Notes under the pieces: generated by a model | Told to the model about the DNA's origin: nothing | The model's input: only the letters and a program-made list of their open reading frames with translations | Databases searched by the model: none | Translations under genes and position numbers: made by a program | Origin: Flectonema sp. DT1601 | Taxonomy: Eukaryota | DNA: 64,000 nt | Assembly: GCA_964019425.1 (NCBI GenBank) | Contig: OZ025780.1 | Location: 1,612,001-1,676,000, forward strand | Direction: 5' to 3' | In this document: piece after piece, positions 21,207-34,200 of the stretch | Layout of the letters: every line of letters begins with the position of its first letter | Numbering within the stretch: position 1 is the stretch's first letter

Positions 21207-24200
21207 ATGAACGACGATGAGCAGAATGAATTGCAACCCCTTCCAAAGCCATCGAGTGTCGTGATATTCTACAGTCCTGGTGATGCATGGCGGATGGGAA
21301 CACTATTACCGTATGACCCATCCAGTGGAACTGCTCAGGTACAAGATGCTGAGAACAGACAGCTCTATACAGTACGATTAGAAAAAGATATTCACGTGAT
21401 GTCATCACCGTTACCATTCCCTGATGAGATGGAAGACTTAATGATGCTGTCAGATGTTAATGATGGACCGCTTCTCTGTTCATTGCGTGTTCGATACCAA
21501 GACGATAAGTATTGCACTGCTCTTGGAAGAGATCATTTGCTTTTAATTAATCCTGCTAAGGCAATTCAAAAAATGTCTATGGAACACCCTCACTTGTACC
21601 TCCAAGATCAACCTGGGTTACCATCACATCCATGTCAGGTCGCATCGAGAGCTCTTAATCACGTGAATAATACTGACCGTGATGCGATTATTATTCTGTC
21701 TGGTGATCCAGGGAGTGGGAAAACAACTTGTCAAAAAGATATGTTATCTTTGTTGTATACGCAACTACCACATGCTGCTAGACATCGAACACCACTCGTG
21801 ACTCTTCGCGTGGCTTCTGGAAACTCTGAAGTGAGTGCATCAGAGTATGGGAATATCATTGCCAGGCATATTAATGTACCGAAAGGAGCTGTAGAAGTTA
21901 TCTCACTGTCTGATGTTCTCGGTGAAGCCGGTATGCCAATGCGAGAAATGACATTTAAGTTCGAAGAAAAGGAACACGGAACAGTTGCTAAAGACTTTCA
22001 ATCACTTGAGAAGATGCCTCCAGCTCTAAAAGAAGAGTTATGTGCTGTGACTAGTGTTGTGAATGAGCCAAGAACATGGCCTTGTGAAGCTGTTTTAACA
22101 ATTATAGAATCACTATGCAACGCACGAACAACAAGAAATGTCAACGCTTCGAGAGCAATCATCTTAAACAGACTTGCGGTTTCTGATGGAAATATCATCG
22201 GATCGGAAATTAGAACTTATCTTCTGGACTCAAACAGGTCTGTTCGGCCTCCTTTGGGAGAACGTAGTTTTCATATTTTTTATTATTTGTTAGCTGGTGC
22301 GTCTGATTGGGAACGTGATCGATACCACCTTCCAATGGCTGAGGAATTACACGAAACTTCATTTAATGTTTTGGGGAAATCGAGAGGCTCAAACAACGAT
22401 CCAACAAAATCATGGGAGCACTCCATGGCCAGTATGAATGTCTGCAGTGACTGGACAGGTGATGTTGAAGAACTAAACACACAATATGAACTACTAATTG
22501 ACGCGTTTGACATCTGTAAGATCAGTCACAGACTTCAAGACTGGATATTCAGAGTTTTATCAGCGATACTTCATCTTGGACAGGTTAGTTTTGTAGCATC
22601 ATCAAACAGAAGTGGAGCAACTGTAGTATCCAGCAGTACAAAGCAATCTTTGGTATATGCAGGTGAGTGTTTACAGCTTAACATTGTAAGTCTTGAATCT
22701 GCTTTGACGACTCATATTCAAAGAGTTAGATCAGAAGAAGTTGACATCAGACTTACACCTGCACAGTCAGCAGCAGCAAGAGACTCACTTGTTAAATCAC
22801 TTTATGAGAAAGTTGTTGATGTCGCAATTGCTACTCTGAATGATCATTTGTCTCCATCAGAAGAAGTCTCTGGATGGCTTAATATTCTTGACTTTGTTGG
22901 AACTGAAGACGGTGCTCACAACGACTTAGTTGCACTTTCAAATAACTATGCTAACGAAGTCTTGCAAGATTTTTATAACAGAGCGACATTCGATAAAGAT
23001 GTATCTGAGTGTGCTGAGGAACTTGGTGATAGCTGTCAAGTAGAAGTTGTTAAGTATCAAGAAGTTTACAGTATTGTGAAACTACTAAGAGCGAATCATG
23101 GTGTCTTCTCTATCATTGATGAAGAGTGCACCAACCCAAAACCATCAGACGCTGTGTTGTTGGAAACTTTAACAAAAAAACTTGTAAACCATCCAAAATA
23201 CGAACGCAAACCCTCGTCGATTAACTTCACAATAAAACACAGCTGTGGTGATGTAGAGTATAATGTCTCGGGAATGCCTGCTTTGAATAGAAATTCTGTA
23301 TTACCGAATGATATAAGACAATGCCTTACTGTTAGTTTATGCAAATATACTGCTCAGGCGTTCCTAACACCGCAAGAGTTAAAGGAAAGACAGCACATGG
23401 AACGTCAGTTTGAAAGCAGTGGGGGTGCTCTAGAAGTACCACCTGACTTCGTTGGTGTTAATGCCAGGCTTCACAGTAATCGCAGCTCTTCTGATCCAAC
23501 TTTTCTAACTCGTATTAGGAGACAGATTTATTCATTATTTCAACTTTGTGAAAATGCAAAACCATTTTTCGTTCGTTGTATTAAACCAACCAGAGGATCC
23601 GCAGGAACAGTTTTCCACGGCAGGTGTGTACCACATGCAGCATTCTTTTTTCCCTCCTTGACGTATTTATTTTTTAAATAACAAAATACCAAATCAAAAA
23701 CCAAACCAGATACATAATGAGACAATTAAACACACTTGGAGTACTGAACACTTTAAAACAAAAACAAATGTCATATCCTGTCAGGTTATCCTTTAACGTT
23801 TTATTGAGAACAACTTGGATTCTTTCTGGAAACATCCAAGGTAATTCTGATAGAGAAAAGGTTGAAGTACTTTGTCAGCAACATAATCTGAGTGAGGAAG
23901 ATTTCCGAGCTGGTATGTTTTTTTTTTTAAAATTGTGAGATTTCAAAGAGATGCACAACACACATCGAAAACTATCGCAGGTAAAAATATTGCATTCCTT
24001 TCTAAAAATGCTTACACCCTCCTCCTTGATGCACAAAGAGAAAAAGAAACTGCCTATGCTGAAATAATCCAAGCTTGGTGTAAAGGACTGAGTGGTGTCC
24101 AGAAACTCAATCAAAATGTTGCTGCGATAATTGAGGAAATAAGAGAACAGACTCGACTCAGGTTTGGAGTTCAACAAAAACTGCGATGGGAAGCCGAACG

Positions 24201-25619
24201 GGCGAAGAGAGAAGCAGCAGAGAAATTAAAAGTAATGAACGAAGAGACTCGTTCTAGAAGGAACATCGATAATCAAGAAGCTGTTGACTACATCACCATC
24301 ATGACTGGTCTGATTGAGGGAGTTGATCTCGTACGCGAACAACGAAGCCAACGTATGAAAGTCGAAGAACGCAACAAACAACGTCACCTCGTAGCTCTTC
24401 TCAATGAAGAAAAAGCAAACGAACAAAAGAAAGCTGATCAACGTCTTGAACATCGTATGCTCGCACAGGTTTGTATAGTTTTTATTGAACATTATTATGA
24501 GAACAAGTTGTACAGTCTGTTGTTGTACATTCGCAATAATAAAATACAGGGAGGCAAACTCGACCGAATCCTTGCTAAGAAATTTGAGGAAGCTGAGAAA
24601 CTCCGCAACAAGCGAGTGAAGTCAGACAACAATCAGCATCGAGTAATGCAAAACAAGATTACTGCGGAGAAAGGACGACTTGCTATTGAACGCAAGCTAC
24701 TCGACAAAGAAATGCGTCACAGCTCCTTCGTAGAAGCGAAGAAACAAGAACGAGAGATGATCGAAGCAAGGCGCACTGAACTCAGAGAGAGAGACAAGAA
24801 GGCTAAAGAAGCTCGGTCAAGAGCACGTCAGGCATGGGAAGAATCAAAAAGAGAAGAATTTGAACTCGACAACTTAGAGCGGGAAGTAATAACCAGAGTT
24901 GAGAGTGAGCTTCTGGAATCGAAGAAACGTGAGGGCTACCACGAGCGCGCCTTCAAAGAGGAAACAGCTCGTCGCAGTCACGATAAGTTGTTGGCCATCG
25001 AAAGGGCTCGCGCTCGTAAACAACTTCTCAGGGAACGTATTGAGAAGGAAGATACCGAGGCAGCAGATTTTGCTCGAAAAAAACGAGAAAGACAAGTGTG
25101 GGCAAAACAACAAGAGGAACGTCGTGTTTTGGAAGAAACTTCTAAAATCCAACTCAACCTCGAAAAGAAACGTTTTGCCCGTCGTCAACGAGAGAAAACC
25201 CTCCTCAGTGCGCCTCAGACATTCACTCAAGAACTGGGTCTTCCGGTATGTTTTGAATTAACTGAACCAACTGTTTGTATTTAAACAAACTAATCAAATC
25301 ACAAATAATAAACCAGACAACACCTGCTCGTTCCGTAAGTAGAGATCGTATGCTATCAAGAGGATCGTCTAGATCAGTGTCACCAGCAGGGTATGTTTTA
25401 TTTACTTTATTGTATATGAAGAGAGATGAAATCGACAATCCAATCAGACGACTTAACCCACCCGGATATCGACCTCCAGCTGAGTTCGTGATGTCGACGG
25501 GTAAGAAGGTATCAGTTCCTACATACACAACTGGAACTACTCGGGGATTGAACAACTTTTATGATGCGATTACGAGAGGAGGGTCACCAAATGGTAGTTA
25601 TCTGTCAATTGGAAGTTAG
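21207..25619 (+). CDS. Divergent unconventional myosin (~1349 aa) with one IQ-like motif and a charged helical tail; introns 23624-23709, 23913-23980, 24469-24549, 25246-25316, 25391-25447
   Basis: GDPGSGKT P-loop, NARTTRNVNASR, ERSFHIFYYLL, LDFVGTE, FVRCIKP. GT-AG splicing restores one continuous frame (4050 nt). Confidence 0.9.
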
Positions 25620-26254
25620 ATGTTTTTTTTTAAAAAAAAAAAACACACACACAATTTTTTTTTTACCCCCCTTCAACCATATTAGCCCTTTTTTCTTCCC
25701 CCATCCTTTTTTTTTCCTTCTTTTTTTTTTTTTTTCTCCCCTGCTTATTGTAATTACAAACACATTGTCGGAATTGGATAACATAGACAGCTAAGAAAAG
25801 CAATCGACTGCTCTGCGTCCACGAAGAGCATTCAGGTAGTCCCTTGAAATTGTTGACCATTGAGTCTTGTTTGCTTGTTTTCTCGAGACTTTCCCCCCCT
25901 ATTTTTTTTTTTTTTAAATAGATTTATTATAAGTAGATGTCTTTAAGAAAATTCTTTTTCCTCCTTTTTTTTTTTTCCCCCAAATTATTTATTACCTTTA
26001 ACACGTGAGAGGTTAGATTGTTTCTTATTGTATTGCGTATTGCTTGTTGGTTCTTTTTTTTTTTTTTAATTATTATTATTTATTATTCTCATCGTTCGAG
26101 TCATAAACCATGTTTTCTCTTACAGCTATAGTTATGTTGGTTTTGAGTTTTAGGTCGGTCAAAAAAAAAAAAAAAAAAATTTTTTTTTTTTTCTCCACAG
26201 TCTTCTTATTTAAGAAAGAACAGCAACACAATAGCGTCAACAACAGTAACGAAC

Positions 26255-28252
26255 ATGACGAGTTTATCTCCGACTTCAAACTGTCCCGATGAGGATGATT
26301 TCGATGTTGAGAACCCATCTCCAATACCGCTGACTCAAAAATCAAAATCACGAAAATCCAAAAAAAACAACAACAACAACAACAACAACAACAAGAATCA
26401 AAAAAAGAGCAAACCAAAGAATACTTTTATTGAAAAATGTCGAAAAGTTTCTTGGGAAAAAATTAGGAATAAAAAAGTTTCTTATGAACGATTCTTTTGG
26501 GTTTTGTTTACGATAACGACCGTCCTGTGGGTCGTTGATCGATTCACCACAAACTACTGGCCAAGACAATCATTCGGTAAGGACATGTTAGGTGTCGGTT
26601 TTGATAAAATCCCACTAAAAGATGGACCTGCAGGTGTCAAAATGTACGACATCTTAGCAAGAATAAGTGGACGAGCATCTATATGCACGATGAATGCGTT
26701 ATTCGTTACAATGATGCACACCAGTTATAATTATATAAGTGACAAGAACATTCCTTTTATTGATATGCATGGTTGGCAAGAAGTTAACTCTAGAATTCAT
26801 ACAATCATGGGATGGGGGACGGCAGTGATGATGGTTCCTCATGTTTGGTCGGTTTTCTTTCCTGTTATTTTTAACGGATGGAGGACAGTTTATTTCGCAC
26901 CTCCATCAAAAACTATTCTGCTATTTCCGATATCCGAATGGAAGTTTAATTGTCCAACTGTCAACAACGACGATCAATCAATCTGTTTTAATACCGATAA
27001 TTTAGGAAGGCTGATCGGAATGACTTTTATTTTTTGTATTCTATTCCCTCTTTCCAGAATGAAAAAACTTTTATCTTACAACTTCGTCGCCTGTAAGTGG
27101 CTTCACATAATCTGTGCTGCAGCATACGCTATTGACATCATCAGGAGGAGGAGTCATCCTCATTCTTGGGTATTAAATATGCCAGTTGTTGTTATGTACA
27201 TCACTGATCGTCTCGCAGCATGGTACCTGTACAGATCTGAGCCTTGTGAAATAGTTCAAAGACTGGTATTGGATAATAGTTATTATGTTTTATTTTGGAA
27301 ATCACGATCAAAAAGACAAGCTGACTCAAGGATTGGTGACGTGTATTGGCTTCGTGCAGCTGACACAAGTATTGTAGAAAGGTATCATCCCTTCACGTGT
27401 ATTCACAATCACGGTTTTGGTATGCCTGAGGCGGAAAGCTCTAAACGTGCTTGGGGAGGTCACAGATTCTCATTCTGTGGTAGTATCAAAGATCCCAGTG
27501 GTAAGAAACTAACTGAAGTACTCGACTCTCCAATTTATGAAGATGACACAAAAAGCTTATCTCCATTCAGAGAGAGTTCCAGCACTGGCTGGTCAAACTG
27601 TGCTATCATTAAATTTCACGATGATGAGAGACGAGGATGTTGCGGAACTTCACAAACAACTGCAATGATTGAGAATGAGACGCAAGTAATTGATGTATTG
27701 GGTCCTTATAGATCTTCTTATTCTGTTTTATCAAATGAAAAAAGACTTCCAAAACACGTGACGTTAATAGCATCGGGTAGTGGAGGTAGTCTGTTGGTTG
27801 ATTTCGCTCTGACACTCCTGAAATGGGAATCCGAATCGAAGACCAATACAACCGACTGCGACGATCCAGACATGGAGCCATACGGTGCTTCTCCTGAAGA
27901 GCGAGTACAGATGGTGTACACGTCAAGATCAATAGGTCTATTTCAATACGTAACTGATAGATTATATAAAGCACCAGAATGTGTAACCATCAGAAGTGCT
28001 ATTACTATGCCTGGTCTTTATTACAACGATGAGTCTACTGACTTTAAGTCACCTGAAGCAACTCGAGCACTACGACGTCGATCATCGAGAACACTTCAAA
28101 CTCGTAGGCTTGACATCGAGGAAATCTTAGAGCAGTCTCCTAGTCACACGGAAGTCTTCTTCTGTGGATCACCTGAACTATCATTAATCGTAAGTGATGC
28201 CTGTCGAAAGCATAAATTAAAGCTTCATGATTCTCATGAATTTGCCTCGTAG
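26255..28252 (+). CDS. Ferric reductase/NADPH oxidase (FRD) family membrane oxidoreductase
   Basis: TM segments with an H-x13-H pair, HPFT FAD motif, GPY, LIASGSG, FFCGS and terminal HEF motifs. Intronless. Confidence 0.85.
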   Translation: MTSLSPTSNCPDEDDFDVENPSPIPLTQKSKSRKSKKNNNNNNNNNKNQKKSKPKNTFIEKCRKVSWEKIRNKKVSYERFFWVLFTITTVLWVVDRFTTNYWPRQSFGKDMLGVGFDKIPLKDGPAGVKMYDILARISGRASICTMNALFVTMMHTSYNYISDKNIPFIDMHGWQEVNSRIHTIMGWGTAVMMVPHVWSVFFPVIFNGWRTVYFAPPSKTILLFPISEWKFNCPTVNNDDQSICFNTDNLGRLIGMTFIFCILFPLSRMKKLLSYNFVACKWLHIICAAAYAIDIIRRRSHPHSWVLNMPVVVMYITDRLAAWYLYRSEPCEIVQRLVLDNSYYVLFWKSRSKRQADSRIGDVYWLRAADTSIVERYHPFTCIHNHGFGMPEAESSKRAWGGHRFSFCGSIKDPSGKKLTEVLDSPIYEDDTKSLSPFRESSSTGWSNCAIIKFHDDERRGCCGTSQTTAMIENETQVIDVLGPYRSSYSVLSNEKRLPKHVTLIASGSGGSLLVDFALTLLKWESESKTNTTDCDDPDMEPYGASPEERVQMVYTSRSIGLFQYVTDRLYKAPECVTIRSAITMPGLYYNDESTDFKSPEATRALRRRSSRTLQTRRLDIEEILEQSPSHTEVFFCGSPELSLIVSDACRKHKLKLHDSHEFAS

Positions 28253-28925
28253 ATTGGAGTCAAATTACACGTTGATAATATCTGAGTATAACTGTACTAC
28301 GTGGAGCAGCAACTCTGATTATCTAAATAGACTATCTGGTTGTGTTTGACGTACTGCTTTATATTTAAGTTTAGGTGTAAAAAAGATTTATTTTTATTCA
28401 AAAGAAACCGTTTGTTATTTTTATGAATAAACGAGGTTCAATATTTTTTTTTTTTTTTTGATTTTTATAATCACTCACTCTGATAGTTAGATGCATTTCG
28501 TAGAGCGAAGTCTCGTACTCGATGTGCCCTTGTATCAGGTTTTCTCTTTTCCCTCTCTTTTTTTTTTCTTCTTCTTTTCCCTTTGTTTGTTTACCAAATA
28601 GCAGATTGGCTTTTTTTCCCCTTTGAATTAGCACAATGACATGTTTGGGTTGTAATTCTTTTTCGACCATTTCCCTTCTTTTTTTTTTTCCCCCATTCAA
28701 GTAGTGTTAATAAATCAGTCTCATTTCTCCCTGTTGCGCAGCATGAGCCTTGACTGTGGAAAAGTAATGGAAATTCTTTTTTTTTTCCTTCACTCCATAG
28801 AAAAAGAGAGAGCATATTTTTTTCAATAGCTGCAATTACTTTTTTTTGAGAACTGATATTTTTACACGAGGGAATCCCTGCATCAGCTGTGGTAAACATT
28901 CTTTTTTTTTTTTTTTTTTTTTTTT

Positions 28926-30150
28926 GCAATGGTGCTTTGGTGTGATTAATTTTGTTGAATATTTTTGGGTCTTCTGAGATCTCATCACCTCTTAGCATGT
29001 CTTAAGCTCTGAATGGTGTTTGATTTTGCTCATCTGAGGTGCTGGTTTGTTGATGATGCAAAACGGGGGGAAGCTACTGTTTTGGATCAGATATTATTTT
29101 ATTAACAGTGGCCTTCAGGAGCATTCTCTTTTCATTTCGTAAGTTAGATCTCGTCACCTCTTAACATGTTTTTAGACACCTGTACTCGATGTGGTCATTT
29201 CACTCTCGTTGAACTTTCTCCAGAGGTTTTGACTCCCCGACTTTTTTGGGGAAAAAAAAAAAAAAAAAAAGAATTTTAAGTGGTTTTTTAATAATTTTTT
29301 TTTTCTCCTCCTCCGCCATTTCCGATTATTATTAAAAAAAAAAAAAAAATTATTCTATTCTTGTTCTTTTCCTATTCTTCAAAACGTCAATTCTGACAGT
29401 AGATAACAAATCGATTTGGTTGCATATTTGGAAACTTCTGATTCTCGTTTTGTGATCAAATCGTTTTACCCTTCGTGTTATGTTCTTTGAATTACTTTTT
29501 TCGCTTTGAATTTCTTATTTTTATCGTTGGATTCCTTCTCTGTGTTGTCTTTGTGTGCTATTTCAAGGATGGATTTATTTAAAAAAAAAAAAAAAAAAAA
29601 AAAAACGGTTTTGACAAGAACCTATCGAAGTCTCCTACGGCATTTTCTTTCCCCAGGTTCCGGTCACTCTTTACTTCCTAGTTGCTATTTTTAATATTCG
29701 GCAATACGGATTCATTTTACCCCCTTTTTTTTTTTTTTAAAATCCTCCATATGCATACAGTGGTTTATTATTTATTATTTTTTTTTCTTTTTTGCAATAG
29801 TGCTTTGGTGTTATTAATTTTGTTGAATATTTTTGGGTCTTCTGAGATCTCATCGCCTCTTAACATGTTTTTATAATTCTAAGCTCTGAATTGTATCAGG
29901 TGATTCATACTGCTGGTTGATAATCGGTGATCACTTTATAAACGATGGCCTTCAGATACCGAACGGCTTGTTTTCCAACTAACATTGCTAAGCTTTGAAT
30001 TGTGTTTGATGATTACTCACTTGAGGTGCTGGTTTGTTGATGATGAAGATCAGAGATCACATTATTAACGATGGCCTTCATTCTCTTTTCATTTCATAAG
30101 TGACATCTCATCACCTCTTAAACATGTTATAATTCCAAGCTCTGAACTTC
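28926..30150. repeat. Local degenerate duplication (28926-29175 vs 29794-30150) with repeated gatctcatcacctctta and aagctctgaa motifs
   Basis: Direct sequence match, e.g. gtgctttggtgt..aatatttttgggtcttctgagatctcatc at ~28932 and ~29800. Confidence 0.75.
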
Positions 30151-30784
30151 ACTCTCTGTCTTGGTCGTTTTTTTTTTTCCTCATTTTATTTTTTCAAAGC
30201 ATTGCATGAGTTGTATCAACATAACAATTTCTTCTTTTTTTTTTTTTTTTTGTTGTACCTCTCAGCTGAAGGCAGAGAGAGTGAGCATGAGATTCTTTTC
30301 CCTCTCTCTTCTCTTATATTCCAACCAAAAAAAATGATTGGTTGATTGCTAACAAAGTAGTGACTATGTCTAACTACTACTGCTTGTATACCCAAGTGTC
30401 TGTCCACAACAACAGTGAGATTGACTTTGGAGGTTTGCTGCTTTGGAGCGCAATCAGAATTGTAGGCTTTATAAGAGTCAAAAAAAAATTATTAAAAAAT
30501 TCACCAATTTCCATTCACTATTTTTTCCCCCATAGAAAGATTTGAGTGTGATTGCATACCCGATTGCACGCCTCATTGCGATAATCTATTCTGACAAGCG
30601 AAATTGAGAGAGAATCGAACTGAAACTTGAAAACCAAACATAAGACACCTCCTGCATTATCAGGATTCTCTTTTGACGGTTTTACAGTTCAAATCCCCAT
30701 TATCGTTGTTATTATTATTATTATTTTTTCCTGTTAGTTCTTCCTCACCATATTACGTCACTTCCGCTTTACGAAGATTGCGTT

Positions 30785-30935
30785 GGCTGTTTGAGTACTC
30801 GAGAGACAGCTTTTCTTTTTTTTTTTTTTTTTTTGCTCTTATTTGGAGACGTAGTTCCTTTGGTGTATGTAGTGCCGTGATGCTACCACTGGATGGATTA
30901 TGGCTGAACGCCTCTAAACCAGAACCCAGTCTGGA
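30785..30935 (+). pseudogene. Degenerate large-subunit rRNA fragment (sarcin-ricin loop to the following 3' conserved helix region)
   Basis: gatgctaccactggatggattatggctgaacgcctctaaaccagaa matches the conserved eukaryotic LSU 3' motif. Upstream gctgt..agtac(tc)gagag..acagc looks like a mutated SRL hairpin. Interrupted by poly-T. Confidence 0.7.
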
Positions 30936-31299
30936 GATAAACATGCTTTGCAGTGTTCCAATAGGTTTATCGGGTCAAGACTAACTTCGGTTCAGAACTT
31001 TGCTAACCAAAAAAAAAAGAAGCATTATTTGTTTGATGCCCCTTGATAGATGGCAGCAGCGACAAATACATGTACTTTTATGAAATATTAAAAAAAAAAA
31101 AAAAAAAAATAGAATTGCAACTCCAACAGCAGGAACAAACGTTTTCTTCTTTTTTTTTTTTTTTTTTTTGATTACTCTTAATAATGCAACAGTTAAGTAT
31201 AGTATTGAAAGTTTGTGTATACTTTTTTAATTTTATTTTCTCACTCAATAGGTCAGCTGGGACAAGGCCTCTCAAAATCGTTCTACGGTTTGCCAAGTC

Positions 31300-34200
31300 A
31301 TGACTGTGGGAGGTAATGAAGAACGCCTCGTGAAATTAGAGCACCTGCTTGGATCGGTTTTGCAAGCTGTTGTGACGGGTAAGGCTCAGGTACCACAACC
31401 CTTACTAAATCAGTTAAGAAACGCATTTGATCAGCAATCTGGTACAAATGGCGCAACACCTAAACGACTACCTTTACGAAGTAATTCTGATACTCATCAA
31501 AAACCTAAGAGAACCGCATCGGCTTCTACCCCTCGACAAGTTACTCGCTGTGCTACCCCTCGTCGAATTGAAATGCTATACGAGGCAGGTTTACTTAAAA
31601 TGGGTGAGCGTAAGAAAAAAGAAATCAGTACCCTTGAACAGGAAGCTTTATCGCACTGTACTTTTACACCAACAGTTTCATCAGGAACGAAACGCATAGA
31701 GAGAAATTCCAGATCGAGAATGGAAAAGGTACCTTATTGGGAGAGGATGGGAGGTACAACTGCGAGTAATAAAATTCAAAAGAAATTCGTAAACCTCAGA
31801 GACACGCAACTAAAGAAAGAAGTTAAAGGCTGTACATATCATCCACTTATTCATACTAGTCCTCGTCTGCCTAGACCTGCAGACCAACAGGGTGTTTCAG
31901 TGTTTGATCAAATTAGTAAAATAGATTCTGATACTGCGAACAGTGCAGCTATTCGAATTCAGGCAATTGCGAGGGGTCGTATTACAAGAGCGAAGTTGGA
32001 AACGGCGATTGATAGGTTATATAGTGATGCTGGGCATCGAAAGGCGAAGTTAACTGAAAAAAGAAATCAACTGAACACGTCTCTGACATTTACTCCACAG
32101 CTGAATAAACGATCTGCCAGTATGGAAAGACAAACTTCTACTCCGAGAAAGAGAACTGCTTCTCCAGTTACACCTCGCCCTCAGACAACTCCTCAACAAG
32201 AAACAAAACCAATTCGATCCTCAAGACCTCCTTTAGCCTCTCCCTCCTGCCATGCAGATCCTAGCAACTTCAACTCCGAAGAGGCTCGAGAACGTCGAGC
32301 CGCTTCCGAACTCGCTCGTAAACAAAAACGTGCCGAAGAGGAAGCTAAAAAAGCAGCTGCCGCAGCGAAGAAAAAGGAGGAAGACCAACGAAAAAAGAAA
32401 CGTGTTGAGGAGGAAGCAAAAAGAGTTGCTGATGAAGCGAAGAAGAAAAAGGCCGCAGCACTGGAAGAGGCTGAGCGAATCGCTGCTGAGGAGGCTAAGA
32501 AAGCCGATGAGAAGGATGTCCAAAAACTTCAGCCGGCTGTTGAATCACCTCCAACTTTTATTCATAGAGGGTCTACTTATGAAGAAACTCTTGTTGCTGA
32601 TCTTGAAGCCCAGGACAAGACTGATCAAGAAGCTGACCGACAACGTGAACAAGAAGAAGAAATTGAAAGACAGCAACGAGAAGAAACTGCTAGACAACGA
32701 GCTGCTGTAGAGGCAGAACGCAAACAACAAGAAGCTGCCCAATTTGCTGAGGAAAAAGCTGTCAGAGAACAAGAGCAGGCTGAGAAGGAAAAGGCTGAGG
32801 CCGATAAAAAGGCAGCAGAACAGTTGGTTGAGAAACAGAGGGCCGAAGCTGCAGAAAAGAAAGCGGCTGAAGAAAAAGCAGTGCAAAAGGCAGCCACTGC
32901 GGAGGCCGCTAAGCAAGAAGCTGCAGCGCATGCAAAACAGGAAGCTGCACAGGAGGAAGCAGTTAGGCAAAACGCTGAAGCTGCAGCAGCGGCAAAAGAA
33001 AAGGCTGACGAAGCTGCCAAGAAAGCAGAAGAAGCAGCCAATAAAAAGTATGCTGAAGACGCGGCAGCCAAGCAAAAGGCGACTGAGGAGGAGGCAGCCA
33101 GACGGCAGGCCGAGGAGGAAGCTGCGAGACAAAAAGCGGCAGAAGAAGCCGCCAAGCAAAAGGAAGCCGAGGAAGAAGCCGCAAGACAAAAGGCAGCAGA
33201 AGAAGAGACCGCGAGACAGAAAGCATCAGAGGAAGAGGCGGCGAGACTGCAGGCATCAAAGGAAGAGGCCGCAAGGCAACAAGCTGAGGCTGATGCAATC
33301 GCCGCAAAAGCGACTGCAGAAGAAGAAGCTGCCAAACAGAAAGCTGCCGAAGAGAGAGCTGCAGAAGAATCGAAAAAGAAGGAAGAAGAGGAAGCGATGG
33401 ACATGGTGAAGAAGATGGCTGACAGAAAAAAGGCCGACGACGAGAGGAGAGCTAGGCTGCTAGACGAAGAGCGAAAAGAGAGGGAACGACGCGCAAAGGT
33501 GAAGAAAGAAGAAGAAGAACGCAAGGAGAGAGAAGCAAAGAAGAGCGAAGAGACCGAAGAAGACGAAGATGAAATCCTCAAACTCATGAGAGAATCATAT
33601 GAACACGCAAATCAACTAGAAGACTGTAATGACGAAGAGTCTGAAGAGCGCAGTAATGTCGAAGATGAATTCCGCAAGGCCCTCCTTCAGATTCGCTCCG
33701 AAGAATTAAAATCTCGCAAAGGAGCTCAGAACGTTATCTTAACAGCATCTCAAATAAAATATAGATCAATAGCTCAGAATGGTATTGTACTACAAGAAGA
33801 TATTATTGATCACTGTAGAAAGTTTGAAAATGACTATCGATTCTTTTTCAAGAGAGATAACCAGGTGTGTTTTTGCTTTGTTCCCTGTCAATATTTTAAA
33901 AGTAAACACTCTTAACAATCTAATACAGTGGTCTGCCTTCATGGGTCTCTGGACTACAATGGATACCGAGGTTTCTGAGCATGAATTTTCTAAGCTCTGG
34001 GATGCTGCAATAGGTATGTAAATTCAGTCTGTTTTATTATTTTATTAATTAGCTCAGAGTCGTTATTCTCATTTCCAACAGGTGTGCCAGAAGATCCGTT
34101 TGATGAGCCAACTCCTGCACCTCAGAATGAAGCGTCGCCTACGACGAAGTCAAAGGCGATGTCATTTGTGGGAAAATTATTTAACAAGAGCAGCCCGACT

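Noticed and set aside
23682..25794. Separate genes, frameshifts or stop readthrough for the split myosin ORFs
   Set aside because: Fully explained by canonical GT-AG introns. No sign of a variant genetic code.
32233..33587. Long antisense and alternate-frame ORFs (320, 221, 214 aa)
   Set aside because: Shadows of the Glu/Ala/Lys repeat region of the + strand gene.
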